The notes beneath the pieces are model-generated. The model worked only from the letters and a program-made list of their open reading frames with translations. It made no database searches and was not told the DNA's origin. 32,255 nt of DNA from Candidatus Sumerlaeia bacterium (GTDB lineage Bacteria; Sumerlaeota; Sumerlaeia; SLMS01): assembly GCA_038208905.1 (NCBI GenBank), contig JBBQYG010000028.1, forward strand, positions 1 through 32,255, written 5' to 3'. Positions 16,744 through 26,397 of the stretch are shown here, piece after piece (the stretch's first letter is position 1; each line of letters begins with the position of its first letter). Position numbers and translations under genes: made by a program.

Positions 16744-17123
16744 GAGTCTCTTCTCCTCGGATGGTGGGAGGTCTGCACTTCGCGGCGACCCGTTTCAGAC
16801 CAGGCGGAGCCGGCCGATGGAGCCGCGATTCGGATGCGGGTGACGCGGGCACCGGTGCCCAGGGACGCGACAACGGCTGCACTGATGACGGCGACGATCT
16901 CCGGGGGGATGCCCGTGGGCTGCGTGGCGGGGGACTGGATAGTGGGAGTCTTTTCCGCCACTGGCGCGGGAGTGAGCGAGAATCGTCGGAGCAGAACCAG
17001 CAGGCCCTGCATCGCAACCAGCGCGGCAAAAACCACCGCGATGCCCACCGCGGAAAGCTGCAATGCATCGATGAAGCGCGTCTCGGCGACTTCCAGGTCA
17101 TAGGCCAACAGTATCAGCGACAT
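16740..17123 (-). CDS. mmdD: OadG/MmdD family membrane anchor (delta) subunit
   Basis: Single TM segment (GIAVVFAALVAMQGLLV), Pro-rich linker, EIVAVISAAV and W-x3-GR C-terminal motif, lying between mmdA and mmdC. Confidence 0.85.
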   Translation of the reverse strand: MSLILLAYDLEVAETRFIDALQLSAVGIAVVFAALVAMQGLLVLLRRFSLTPAPVAEKTPTIQSPATQPTGIPPEIVAVISAAVVASLGTGARVTRIRIAAPSAGSAWSETGRREVQTSHHPRRRDS

Positions 17124-17134
17124 CGTCCAGTCCT

Positions 17135-18706
17135 TTACATGGGAATCAGGCCGTGCTTCTTCTCTGGCCTAAGCTCGCGTTTGCGATACAGAGTCTCCAG
17201 CGCCTGCGCCAGATAGCGTCGTGTGTCGCCGGGATCGATCACGTTGTCCACCAGTCGGCGAGAGGCGGCAGTGTAGGGAGAGGAGAACGTGTCGCGGTAC
17301 TCGAGGATGAGCTCCTCGCGGCGAGACGCGGGATCCTCAGCGGCCTCGATCTCCTTCTTGAAGACGACGGCGACGGCGCCCTCCGCGCCCATCACCGCGA
17401 CTTCCGCCGTGGGCCACGCGGCGACGCGATCCGCGCCCAGGTCCTTCGAAGCCATCGCGACATACGCGCCGCCATAGGCCTTGCGCAGGATGATTGTGAT
17501 CTTGGGCACTGTGGAAGCCGAATAGGCGAAAAGGATCTTTGCTCCGTGCCGTATAATGCCACCGTATTCCTGCCGCGAGCCGGGCAGGAATCCCGGCACA
17601 TCCACGAAGGTAATAATCGGAATGTTGAACACATTGCAGAAGCGCACGTGCTCCGCGATCTTGTCGGAACTGTCGATATCCAGCACTCCCGCCACGGCGT
17701 TGGGCTGATTTGCGACGAGTCCGACGGAGCGACCCAGTATGCGCGCGAAGCCGACCACCACGTTTTTGGCAAAGAGCGCCTTTACCTCCATGAAGTCGGC
17801 GTTGTCCACCACGCGCTTGACGATGTCGCGGACGTCGTACGCGCGTTTGCTGTCGTCGGGGATGACATCGACGAGGGTGCTGTCGTAATCCACCATGCCG
17901 TCGTGGGCCAGGTGTGGCGGATCCTCCAAGTTGTTCTGGGGAAAGAAGGCGAGAAGGCGCCGCGCGATCCGCATCGCGTCGCGGTCATCCTCCGCGATGA
18001 AGTGGATGTTCCCCGCGCGGGACATCTGGCTGACGGGCCCGCCGAGTTCCTCGGCGCTGATATCCTCGCCGGTGAGTTGCTTGATCACGGCGGGGCCCGT
18101 GATAAACATCTGGGCCTGGCGCGTCTGGATGACGAAGTCGGTGAGTGCGGGGCTGTACGCGGCGCCGCCCGCGCACGGCCCGCAGATCAGCGAGATCTGG
18201 GGCACGACGCCGGAGAGCAGCGTATTGTGAAAGAAGATGCGGCCATAGGCGCCGAGCGAATCGATCCCCTCCTGAATGCGCGCGCCGCCGGAATCGTTGA
18301 TGAAGATGAACGGCGCACCGGTCTTGAGCGAGAGCTTCATCATCTCCACGATCTTGTCGGCGTGCACCTCTCCCACGGCGCCGCCGCCGGTCGTGAAATC
18401 CTGGCTGGCAAGGTGCACCTGTCGCCCGTCGATCTGGCCGATTCCCGTCGCAACTCCATCTGCGTGCATCTCCTGCTTCTCCATGCCGAAAACAGTCACG
18501 CGGTGGCGGGCAAAGAGGAAGAGCTCGTGGAACGAATCCGGGTCCAACAGCTCTGCGATGCGCTCGCGGGCAGAGAGTTTACCCTGCTTGTGCATCTTCT
18601 CCACGCGGTCGGGCCCGCCCATGGCGAGCACCGTGGCGCGCCTCCGGGCCAGATCCTCCACCTTCTCTCGGTTCGTCATCTGCTTGCGGCGTTCATTCTT
18701 GGCCAT
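17135..18706 (-). CDS. mmdA: Carboxyltransferase (alpha) subunit of methylmalonyl-CoA decarboxylase
   Basis: Motifs GKLSARERI, DSGGARIQEG, GPCAGGAAYSPALTD, DVPGFLPG, RKAYGGAY and KKHGLIPM. GGGAG RBS upstream. Confidence 0.93.
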   Translation of the reverse strand: MAKNERRKQMTNREKVEDLARRRATVLAMGGPDRVEKMHKQGKLSARERIAELLDPDSFHELFLFARHRVTVFGMEKQEMHADGVATGIGQIDGRQVHLASQDFTTGGGAVGEVHADKIVEMMKLSLKTGAPFIFINDSGGARIQEGIDSLGAYGRIFFHNTLLSGVVPQISLICGPCAGGAAYSPALTDFVIQTRQAQMFITGPAVIKQLTGEDISAEELGGPVSQMSRAGNIHFIAEDDRDAMRIARRLLAFFPQNNLEDPPHLAHDGMVDYDSTLVDVIPDDSKRAYDVRDIVKRVVDNADFMEVKALFAKNVVVGFARILGRSVGLVANQPNAVAGVLDIDSSDKIAEHVRFCNVFNIPIITFVDVPGFLPGSRQEYGGIIRHGAKILFAYSASTVPKITIILRKAYGGAYVAMASKDLGADRVAAWPTAEVAVMGAEGAVAVVFKKEIEAAEDPASRREELILEYRDTFSSPYTAASRRLVDNVIDPGDTRRYLAQALETLYRKRELRPEKKHGLIPM

Positions 18707-19127
18707 TGCTTACTCCCGCTGGATTAGGCTCGCAGAGTTCGGTGAGAATCCCCGCACTGGACTTCGGATGGAGGAAGGCAACCTTCATGTGGTGGGCGCC
18801 GATGCGCGGCGTCTCGTCGATCAGGCGCACGCCCTCTGCCTTCAATTCGTCGAGGCGCGCCTGGATGTCCTTCACTTCATAGGCAATGTGGTGCATCCCC
18901 TCGCCCTTCTTCTCGATGAACTTCGCGATGGTGGAATCGGGAGTCGTCGGCTCCAGAAGTTCCAGCTTCACCCCGCCGATGCGGAAAAAGGCGACGCGGA
19001 CTTTCTGCTCGGGGACTTCCTCGATGCCTTCGAAACTTGCGCCCAGCGTCTGCTCATAGAAGGGGCGTATCTCGTCGATCGAGCGCACGGCGATTCCGAT
19101 GTGGTTCACGGCGCCGGGTGTCTTCAT
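18693..19127 (-). CDS. mce: Methylmalonyl-CoA epimerase
   Basis: VOC-fold metal ligands in NHIGIAV, LELLEP, GEGMHHIAY and FLHPKS..GILTELCE. Start set at the ATG at 19127. Confidence 0.94.
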   Translation of the reverse strand: MKTPGAVNHIGIAVRSIDEIRPFYEQTLGASFEGIEEVPEQKVRVAFFRIGGVKLELLEPTTPDSTIAKFIEKKGEGMHHIAYEVKDIQARLDELKAEGVRLIDETPRIGAHHMKVAFLHPKSSAGILTELCEPNPAGVSNGQE

Positions 19128-19128
19128 T

Positions 19129-20217
19129 CTATTGTTCCTTTCCCGATTCGCGAAACGCGAGATCGACAAGCTGGGTGGCGGCATCGAAGGGGGAAAGCGC
19201 CCCCTCCATCACGCGACGCTCGGCGATGGCCCGTGCGCCGTCGATGCCGGGGGTATTTGCAAAACGCTCGCGCACGAGGTACTCGATGGTCTGGTTCATC
19301 CAAAAGACGGATTGCTCCCGTCGCTTGGCATCGCGGCGCCCGAGCCTGACAGACTCGGCCATCCACGCGCGCAGATTCCCCCACAGGCTCTCGATTCCAG
19401 TCCCCTCCTTCGCGGAACAAAGCACCACCTGTGGGGAAGGGGCGTTGGCGCGTGGCGCGATGAGGTGCAGGGACGCGCGCAGCAGGGACATCGCCTTGCG
19501 CGCCGCGGGAAGGCTCTCTCCGTCGGCCTTGTTGATCGCGATGCCATCGGCGATCTCCAGAATGCCGCGCTTGATGCCCTGCAACTCGTCACCCGCGCCG
19601 GGCATCATCAGCAGGAGGAAGAAATCCACCATCGAGGCGGCTTGGGTTTCGGACTGACCGACGCCGACGGTCTCCACGATCACCAGGTTGAATCCCGCCG
19701 CCTCGCACACCAGAATCGATTCGCGCGAGGCGCGCGCGACCCCGCCAAGCCAAGAGCCGCTAGCCGATGGGCGCACCATCGCATCGGTGTGCATCGCCAG
19801 GCGCGTCATCCGGGTCTTGTCGCCCAGAATGCTGCCGCCGGTGATTTCGCTGGATGGGTCGATGGCGAGCACGGCCACCCGCGTGGCGCTTGCCTCGATG
19901 GCGTGCATTCCCAGTGCCTCGATGAAGGTGCTCTTGCCGACGCCGGGGACGCCGCTGATCCCAAGGCGGAATGAGCGTCCCGCGTGGGGAGCCAGCAGGG
20001 CGAGCAACTCCCGCCGTTCGGCCTGGTGCCGCCCGGCGGTACTTTCCAGCAGTGACAACGCCCTCCCAATCGAGACGCGGTCACGCGCGATGACCCCGGC
20101 CGCCAACACATCGGGCGCGAGGTTTGCCTTGCGAAGGAGAGTCACGTCCTCCCTCACGGCGGGCGATTCTGGCTCGCCGGGCATGACGCGTGGAGCGGTG
20201 CCGCGCTTGGTGCTCAT
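19129..20217 (-). CDS. meaB: Methylmalonyl-CoA mutase-associated GTPase MeaB
   Basis: Motifs [49 protein letters not shown] and INKAD. ATGA overlap with mutB. Confidence 0.95.
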   Translation of the reverse strand: MSTKRGTAPRVMPGEPESPAVREDVTLLRKANLAPDVLAAGVIARDRVSIGRALSLLESTAGRHQAERRELLALLAPHAGRSFRLGISGVPGVGKSTFIEALGMHAIEASATRVAVLAIDPSSEITGGSILGDKTRMTRLAMHTDAMVRPSASGSWLGGVARASRESILVCEAAGFNLVIVETVGVGQSETQAASMVDFFLLLMMPGAGDELQGIKRGILEIADGIAINKADGESLPAARKAMSLLRASLHLIAPRANAPSPQVVLCSAKEGTGIESLWGNLRAWMAESVRLGRRDAKRREQSVFWMNQTIEYLVRERFANTPGIDGARAIAERRVMEGALSPFDAATQLVDLAFRESGKEQ

Positions 20218-22376
20218 TTTGAGGGCTGTTCCATCGCTTCGTGTCCCGCCTGACGGAGGAGAAGGTGAAGAATCTGCTTCGCCGCCTCGGGGATCACCGT
20301 TCCCGGGCCGAATACGCCCACGCATCCGGCGTCATGGAGGAACTTGTAGTCCTGGGCGGGAATCACGCCGCCACAGATCACCAGGATGTCGGGGCGTTTC
20401 AGCGCGCGCAGCTCGGCGATCAGCTCCGGCACCAGGGTCTTGTGCCCGGCGGCAAGCGAGGACACGCCCACCAGGTGCACGTCGTTCTCCACGGCTTGGC
20501 GCGCGACTTCCGCGGGGGTCTGAAACAATGGGCCGATGTCCACATCGAATCCCATATCGGCAAAGGCCGTTGCGATCACCTTGGCGCCGCGGTCGTGGCC
20601 GTCCTGGCCCAGCTTCGCGACGAGGAGGCGCGGTCGGCGCCCCTCGAGCTTGGCGAATCGCGCGGCCAGTTCGATCCCCTCCTTCAACGCCGGCATGTTC
20701 TCCGCCTCCTGTCTATACACGCCGCTGATCTGGTGGATCTGGGGCTGGTAGCGTCCAAAGACCGATTCCATCGCGGTGGAGATTTCTCCGAGCGTCGCGC
20801 GCTTGCGCACGGCGTCGATGGCGAGCTCCAGCAGGTTCGCATCGCCCGCTGCGCCCGTCGCGATGGCTGAGAGGGCCGCTTGGACTTCGCTTTCTACGCG
20901 GTTCGCGCGTAGCTCCGCCAAGCGGTGGAGCTGCGCCTCGCGCACGGCATTGTTGTCGATGTCGAGGATATCGATCGGGTCTTCCTTGGCAAGCCGATGC
21001 TTGTTCAGGCCCACGATTGTTTCGCGCCCACTGTCGATGCGGGCTTGCTTGCGGGCGGCGGCCTCCTCGATCCGCATCTTGGGGATGCCGGTTTCGATGG
21101 CGCGCGCCATGCCGCCCAACTCCTCCACCTCCTCGATCAGGGCCCAGGCCTTGTCCATCAACTCCTTCGTCAGCGATTCCACGTAGTACGATCCCGCCCA
21201 CGGGTCCACCACCTTGCAGATGTTGGTCTCCTCCTGCAGGATCAACTGGGTGTTGCGGGCGATGCGGGCGGAGAAGTCGGTGGGAAGCGCAATGGCCTCG
21301 TCGAGAGCGTTGGTGTGGAGCGACTGGGTGTGGCCAAGAGCCGCGGCCAGCGCCTCGATCGCCGTCCGCGTCACGTTGTTGTAGGGATCCTGCGCCGTGA
21401 GGGACCAGCCGCTGGTTTGCGAGTGTGTGCGCAGCGCCATCGACTTCGGGTTCTTTGGATCGAAACCCTTCACCAGGCGGGCCCACAGCACGCGTGCCGC
21501 GCGCATCTTGGCCACCTCCATGAAGTGATTCATCCCGATGGCCCAGAAGAAGGAGAAGCGTGGCGCGAAGTCGTCCACCGCCAGACCGGCGGCCAGGCCC
21601 GCGCGTATATACTCCACGCCATCGGCCAGGGTATAGGCGATCTCCAGGTCAGCCGTGGCGCCAGCCTCCTGCATGTGATAGCCAGAGATGGATATGGAAT
21701 TGAACTTGGGCATGTTCCGCGAGGCGTAGGCAAAGATGTCGCGGATCAGCCGCATCGACGGAGTGGGGGGATAGATGAAGGTGTTCCTGACCATGAACTC
21801 CTTCAGGATGTCGTTCTGGATCGTGCCAGAAAGCTTGTCCGGCGCGATGCCCTGTTCCTCTGCGGCGACGATATACATGGCGAGGATCGGAATCACCGCG
21901 CCATTCATCGTCATGGAGACGGAAATCCTGTCGAGCGGGATGCGGTCGAAGAGGATCTTCATGTCCAGGATCGAATCGATCGCGACGCCCGCCTTGCCAA
22001 CGTCCCCCGCCACGCGCGGATGGTCGCTGTCGTAGCCGCGATGAGTCGCGAGGTCGAAGGCCACCGAGAGTCCCTTCTGCCCCATCGCCAGATTTCGCAG
22101 GTAGAAGGCGTTGGACTCCTCCGCCGTGGAAAAGCCCGCGTACTGACGCACGGTCCAGGGCTTCAGCGCATACATCGAGGCATAGGGCCCGCGCAGGAAG
22201 GGCGCTATTCCCGGCAGGTAGTCCAGATGATCCATCGCGGCCAGGTCCCGCTCTGTATAGACAGGCTTGACGGCGATTCCCTCGGCTGTCATCCACGGGG
22301 GCGCGACTGACGGGGGCCCCGTTGCATCGCCGCGTTCCACTTCGTAGGCAATCTGGGTGAAGTCAACCGATGTCAT
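20214..22376 (-). CDS. mutB: Methylmalonyl-CoA mutase, catalytic large subunit
   Basis: Motifs [42 protein letters not shown] and the B12-binding motif [10 protein letters not shown]...SSLAAGH. Confidence 0.97.
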   Translation of the reverse strand: MTSVDFTQIAYEVERGDATGPPSVAPPWMTAEGIAVKPVYTERDLAAMDHLDYLPGIAPFLRGPYASMYALKPWTVRQYAGFSTAEESNAFYLRNLAMGQKGLSVAFDLATHRGYDSDHPRVAGDVGKAGVAIDSILDMKILFDRIPLDRISVSMTMNGAVIPILAMYIVAAEEQGIAPDKLSGTIQNDILKEFMVRNTFIYPPTPSMRLIRDIFAYASRNMPKFNSISISGYHMQEAGATADLEIAYTLADGVEYIRAGLAAGLAVDDFAPRFSFFWAIGMNHFMEVAKMRAARVLWARLVKGFDPKNPKSMALRTHSQTSGWSLTAQDPYNNVTRTAIEALAAALGHTQSLHTNALDEAIALPTDFSARIARNTQLILQEETNICKVVDPWAGSYYVESLTKELMDKAWALIEEVEELGGMARAIETGIPKMRIEEAAARKQARIDSGRETIVGLNKHRLAKEDPIDILDIDNNAVREAQLHRLAELRANRVESEVQAALSAIATGAAGDANLLELAIDAVRKRATLGEISTAMESVFGRYQPQIHQISGVYRQEAENMPALKEGIELAARFAKLEGRRPRLLVAKLGQDGHDRGAKVIATAFADMGFDVDIGPLFQTPAEVARQAVENDVHLVGVSSLAAGHKTLVPELIAELRALKRPDILVICGGVIPAQDYKFLHDAGCVGVFGPGTVIPEAAKQILHLLLRQAGHEAMEQPSK

Positions 22377-24559
22377 GATACTGTCTCCTGCCTCGTATCG
22401 AGGCGGTCGAGGAGCGCCGTCATTTCTGTCAGGATGTTTGAGCGGACGTGGACGAAGCCATCGACACCCGCCGCGCGGAGCGCCTCGGCCGTGGGGGGAT
22501 TCCCCGCGATATACACGAGCGGCCTTGTGGTCGCGGGCCCCAGCTCTGCCATCAACCGCTTCGTAAAATCCATGTATGAGTCATCGTCGCTGCACGCCAC
22601 CACCACGTCGGGGTGGGCCTCGCGAATATTTGCGACGGCCTTGGTGGGGTCGGCGGCGGGGGAGGACTCTGTGATGGAAAAGCCCGCCGCAGCAAATGCC
22701 GAGTGCGAGAAATCCGCGCGCGCCCGGCGCATTCCCGCGGGACCAAACGTCAGCAGCAGCACGCGGGGAACACCCGCGCCCCGGGTCGCGACGCGCGCGC
22801 GGAGCATCTCGTATCCTTCCGACAGCCGGATCGCGGGGAGCGGCTTCACCGCGATCGCTTCGTCGCCCTTCGCGGCCGCGTCCAGCGCGGCGCAAATCTC
22901 TCCGATCGTCGCTCCGCACTCGGCGGCTTTCAGCGCCACGGCAAACGCGCCACCCACGACATTCTGACTCAGCGACTCCGTCAGTTCGCCCAGCAGCGCG
23001 GCGACTTCCCTGGCGGGCCGCGTCCCCCTCAGGAGCGCGAGGCGATGGCGGCGCTCCTCTACGAATTCCGCGCGGGGAATGTGGCTGGTGGGAAGCGGCT
23101 TCTCCGCCGGATCTGCGTAGTTGCTGACACCGACAACAGGCGCGCGACGCGCAGCCACGGCAGAAAGGCGCTCCTTCGCGGTGGCAAGCACCGTCTCCTG
23201 AATACGGCCCGACTTGAGCGATGCGACGATGCCGCCGTCGGACTCGATCCGCTGAAATTCCGCCCACGCGGCGCGCGCCGCCGAATCGGTTAGGGACTCG
23301 ATCAGATAGCTGCCGCCGGCGGCGTCCACGACGCGTGCCAGATGGGCTTCCTCCTGAAGCAATAAATGCTGATTCCGCGCCACGCGCATGGAGAAGTCGT
23401 CGGGGCGCCCGGCCACCTCGTCGAACGGCGCGATATACAGCGAGTCGCATCCGCCCAGCCCCGCGGCAAAGCCCTCCACCGCCGCCCGGACGATGTTGTT
23501 GTAGGGATCCACGCGGCTCTTGGTCATGGCACTTGTCCGCGCGTGGAGGAACATGCGATGCGCCGCGGGGTCCTCCGCGCCCATCAACTTGGATATACGC
23601 GCCCACAGCATCCGCGCCGCGCGGAGCTTGGCGATCTCCATGTAGAGATTCGTCGAAACCGAGAAGCTGAACATCATGCCCATCGCAGCCGTGCCAGGCT
23701 TTGTCCCGTGGCCGATGAGGCGGCGTATGTACTCCACACCGGTAGCCAGAGTCGCCGCCAGTTCCTGCGTCGCGCTGGCCCCTGCGTTGTGCCACGGGTG
23801 GCTGTTCACGACCACCGGGCGGATTCCCGGTGCATGGAGAGCGCACCAGTCAACCATCTCGGCCATCTCGCGGAACCGCATGGCGAGCGACCCGCCGCGC
23901 ACGTGCCCCGACTTGACCAACTCCCTCACGGGGTCGCACTCCACCGATCCCGTCAGCACGCGTGGATCGACGCCGCGTTCAAGCGCCACGGCAATGTGCA
24001 TCGCCAGCACGGGAAACGCCGCGGAGCCCGTGCGGAAGGAGACCGGGTGCTCGGCCAGATTCACATCCTGCAGTGCGACGCGGATTCCATTGACCGAGGT
24101 TGCAGCCATGCCGCCGCGCCCCACCAGGTCCGCCGCGCGTGCCTCGTCCCCGTCCAACCCGCGCCGGGCCGCGTTGTCCAGCCGGATGCCCACAGCCGTC
24201 CCGCCGCGGGCCAACCCGTCGCGAATCGCCGCGTTGGCTTCCGCCGGGGAGGCCAACAACACGTCCTGCCTGATCTGCCACGGGGGGAGCACACCGGATA
24301 GCGCCTCGCACCCGCGAACGTAAGGCGCCGCCCCGGGATCGCTATTCAGATGCGGCAAATCGGCGATGTCCTCCCGCCGATACAGCGGGTTCACCGCGAT
24401 CCCCTCCGGCGTCCGCCAAACCAGCTTCTTCTCAAAGGGGGCCCCCGCCAAATCCTTCTCAACCGCAGAGCGCCACGCTTCCATGCTGGGCACGGGGAAG
24501 ATCTCGCCCAGCGGAGCGGCGGCGACTCTCGGCTGATCGGTGATGACCGGTTGGCTCAT
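22373..24559 (-). CDS. mutA: Methylmalonyl-CoA mutase, non-catalytic small subunit
   Basis: Mutase homology ([41 protein letters not shown]) with no DxHxxG motif. GGAGG RBS before the ATG at 24559 and ATGA overlap with mutB. Confidence 0.93.
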   Translation of the reverse strand: MSQPVITDQPRVAAAPLGEIFPVPSMEAWRSAVEKDLAGAPFEKKLVWRTPEGIAVNPLYRREDIADLPHLNSDPGAAPYVRGCEALSGVLPPWQIRQDVLLASPAEANAAIRDGLARGGTAVGIRLDNAARRGLDGDEARAADLVGRGGMAATSVNGIRVALQDVNLAEHPVSFRTGSAAFPVLAMHIAVALERGVDPRVLTGSVECDPVRELVKSGHVRGGSLAMRFREMAEMVDWCALHAPGIRPVVVNSHPWHNAGASATQELAATLATGVEYIRRLIGHGTKPGTAAMGMMFSFSVSTNLYMEIAKLRAARMLWARISKLMGAEDPAAHRMFLHARTSAMTKSRVDPYNNIVRAAVEGFAAGLGGCDSLYIAPFDEVAGRPDDFSMRVARNQHLLLQEEAHLARVVDAAGGSYLIESLTDSAARAAWAEFQRIESDGGIVASLKSGRIQETVLATAKERLSAVAARRAPVVGVSNYADPAEKPLPTSHIPRAEFVEERRHRLALLRGTRPAREVAALLGELTESLSQNVVGGAFAVALKAAECGATIGEICAALDAAAKGDEAIAVKPLPAIRLSEGYEMLRARVATRGAGVPRVLLLTFGPAGMRRARADFSHSAFAAAGFSITESSPAADPTKAVANIREAHPDVVVACSDDDSYMDFTKRLMAELGPATTRPLVYIAGNPPTAEALRAAGVDGFVHVRSNILTEMTALLDRLDTRQETVS

Positions 24560-24796
24560 GGCGTCCCTCCAGATTCCTGACCTACTCGCTTTTTGGGGGC
24601 TGTACTTACAGTAGCGCCCTGACGGCCCCAAGAGTGCGAGAGAAATCGGGGCGGAATCAAGACAAAATAGGTCGAAGTTATCGCCTTTATTGAGGCGAGG
24701 CCTCGTCGCATTATTCCATCTGGATCCCGCAGGACTTTCGCGGTGGGCGGATGCTGCCATCTGCCCGGCTATTTCTTCCCCGACCGCGCCTTTAAG

Positions 24797-24828
24797 GGGA
24801 TTCCGTCCCACGCTTTTGGACGAATCCC
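24797..24828. terminator. GC-rich hairpin just downstream of arsM (possible terminator or stability element)
   Basis: GGGATTC-C-GTCC-9 nt-GGAC-GAATCCC, 17 nt from the arsM stop. It lacks a good U-tract. Confidence 0.45.
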
Positions 24829-24845
24829 GAAGGAGAGCTTGCCGT

Positions 24846-25724
24846 TCACTCCGATGCCTTCCGCGCGCTGAAATTCAGGCTCGTCACAAAATCCGAGGCC
24901 TTCGATCCCGCGGGGAGTTCCGAGACCACCCGCGCGTATAGCGGGTCGTTCCATCCGGTCATCGCATCCACATAGCCGTCCTTGCGCTCCAGAACGATGT
25001 CCGCGAGGCCAGCCTCGCGGGCGAGGCGTTCGGTTTCGCTGATCAGCGAGGCGCCGGAAACGCAGCCGACGAGGGCCTCGACCATCTGGGCGACGGCGGT
25101 CGGAAGCGGCTTCACCAGGGCGATGTCCGACACGGCAACGCGGCCACCGGGCTTGAGAACGCGGGCGATCTCCCGCCAGACCTGAGGCTTATCGGGCGAG
25201 AGGTTGATGACGCAGTTGCTGATGATCACGTCCACGCTGGCGTCGGGGAGGGGCAGGTGCTCGATCTCTCCGAGGCGAAACTCGACGTTGTCGAGGCCGC
25301 TGGTCTCGCGATACTTGGCGGAGTTTCTGCGGGCCTTGGCCAGCATCTCCGGCGTCATGTCCACGCCGATGGCGCGGCCCGCGGGGCCGACCTTGCGACC
25401 GGCGATAAACACGTCGAAACCGCCTCCCGAGCCGAGGTCCACGACAACCTCTCCCGGGCGAAGCGCGGCGAGCGCCGTGGGATTGCCGCATGAAAGGCCC
25501 ATATTGGCGCCCTCGGGCACCCCGGAAAGGTCGGCGGCGGCGTAGCCGATGGCCGTGGCAAGCGCCTCTGCGTCATCGGCGCCGTCGGGTCCGCAGCAGG
25601 ATGACCCCGCGCAGCAACCGGTGGCGCTGCCCCTGGGCTCGGGATTCTGTTCCGCGATGGCGGCGTACCCCGCGCGGACGGTTTCGCGGACGGTCTGGTG
25701 TTGAAGGGACTCGGCGATCGACAT
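24846..25724 (-). CDS. arsM: Arsenite S-adenosylmethionine methyltransferase
   Basis: Motifs [46 protein letters not shown] and GCVSGA. AAAGGAG RBS upstream, and the gene lies downstream of arsR. Confidence 0.92.
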   Translation of the reverse strand: MSIAESLQHQTVRETVRAGYAAIAEQNPEPRGSATGCCAGSSCCGPDGADDAEALATAIGYAAADLSGVPEGANMGLSCGNPTALAALRPGEVVVDLGSGGGFDVFIAGRKVGPAGRAIGVDMTPEMLAKARRNSAKYRETSGLDNVEFRLGEIEHLPLPDASVDVIISNCVINLSPDKPQVWREIARVLKPGGRVAVSDIALVKPLPTAVAQMVEALVGCVSGASLISETERLAREAGLADIVLERKDGYVDAMTGWNDPLYARVVSELPAGSKASDFVTSLNFSARKASE

Positions 25725-25796
25725 GGTGATATCTCCTTTGATTCGGGCGAGGGTGGAATGGAGATGAGAATCCGGTGTAGCTACGACCTGCAAGTC

Positions 25797-26222
25797 CTAC
25801 ACGTGGCTCACGGCGGCGCTCCCTTGGCCTGTGCCAGCGGCGCAGCATTTGATCCCCTTCGCCTGAAGCTGACACAGCTCCTCTGGCGAGTAGGAAAGGA
25901 TGGTCCCCAGTTTGCAGCAGTCTGAAACGATGGCCTTCTCCTTGGCGGCCTGCCGGCACAGCCATCCAAGGATCTCCGCCGCGTCCTCCGGTATCTCCGA
26001 TTCGTCGGAAATGCGGTAGTACGCCCATCGACCTTCCTTGCGGGACTGCACCAGCCCGGCGCCGGAAAGCAGGCTGAGGTGCTTGGAGGTGGTGGAAGGC
26101 GCCAAGGCGAGAAGCTCCTGGATCTGGCAGACGCAAAGCTCCCCCCGGCCCTTGAGGGCGCAGAGGACGCGAATCCGGTTCAGATCCGATAGGGCCTTGG
26201 TGATGGCGAGGATGTGGCGCAT
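25797..26222 (-). CDS. arsR: ArsR/SmtB family metalloregulator
   Basis: KALSDLNRIRVL, ELCVCQ alpha3 motif, SKHLSLL..AGLV..RKEGRWAYY, and a Cys-rich C-terminus. Confidence 0.92.
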   Translation of the reverse strand: MRHILAITKALSDLNRIRVLCALKGRGELCVCQIQELLALAPSTTSKHLSLLSGAGLVQSRKEGRWAYYRISDESEIPEDAAEILGWLCRQAAKEKAIVSDCCKLGTILSYSPEELCQLQAKGIKCCAAGTGQGSAAVSHV

Positions 26223-26236
26223 GTCGTTTCTCCGTC

Positions 26237-26283
26237 AGTTCGCCATTTAGGGAAATATAGGATGTGGGACGGCGCAAGGACAA
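26237..26283 (-). promoter_or_regulatory. Candidate arsR promoter and ArsR operator
   Basis: Minus strand TTGTCC-18 nt-TATATT overlaps the imperfect inverted repeat ATTTCCCTAAATGGCGAACT (26237-26256) just upstream of the arsR RBS. Confidence 0.5.
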
Positions 26284-26397
26284 GAACAGCACGGAAGCCG
26301 AAAAACCGATGCCATCGGCGCAGCGGCTTCGCTTGTGGACCTGCCCGGTCTCCGCAAAGCTCACCCCGCCTAACCCCTACCAGAGGAGACTGGACCG

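Noticed and set aside
22373-24559. mutA as a pseudogene or novel mutase because it lacks DxHxxG and RQY
   Set aside because: Loss of these motifs is normal for the non-catalytic small subunit of heterodimeric mutases, and the frame is intact.
24574-24640. Canonical cobalamin riboswitch upstream of mutA
   Set aside because: Only the fragments GCTACTGTAA and GTCAGGAA are present. The GGGAA, T-loop (GTGnAAnTCC) and GCCACTG core elements are absent, so it is kept only as an unclassified structured region.
26294-26330. Nested inverted repeats GAAGCCG..CCGATG-C-CATCGG..CGGCTTC in the divergent arsR / flavoprotein spacer
   Set aside because: Short GC-rich arms are plausible by chance, and no function can be supported from sequence alone.
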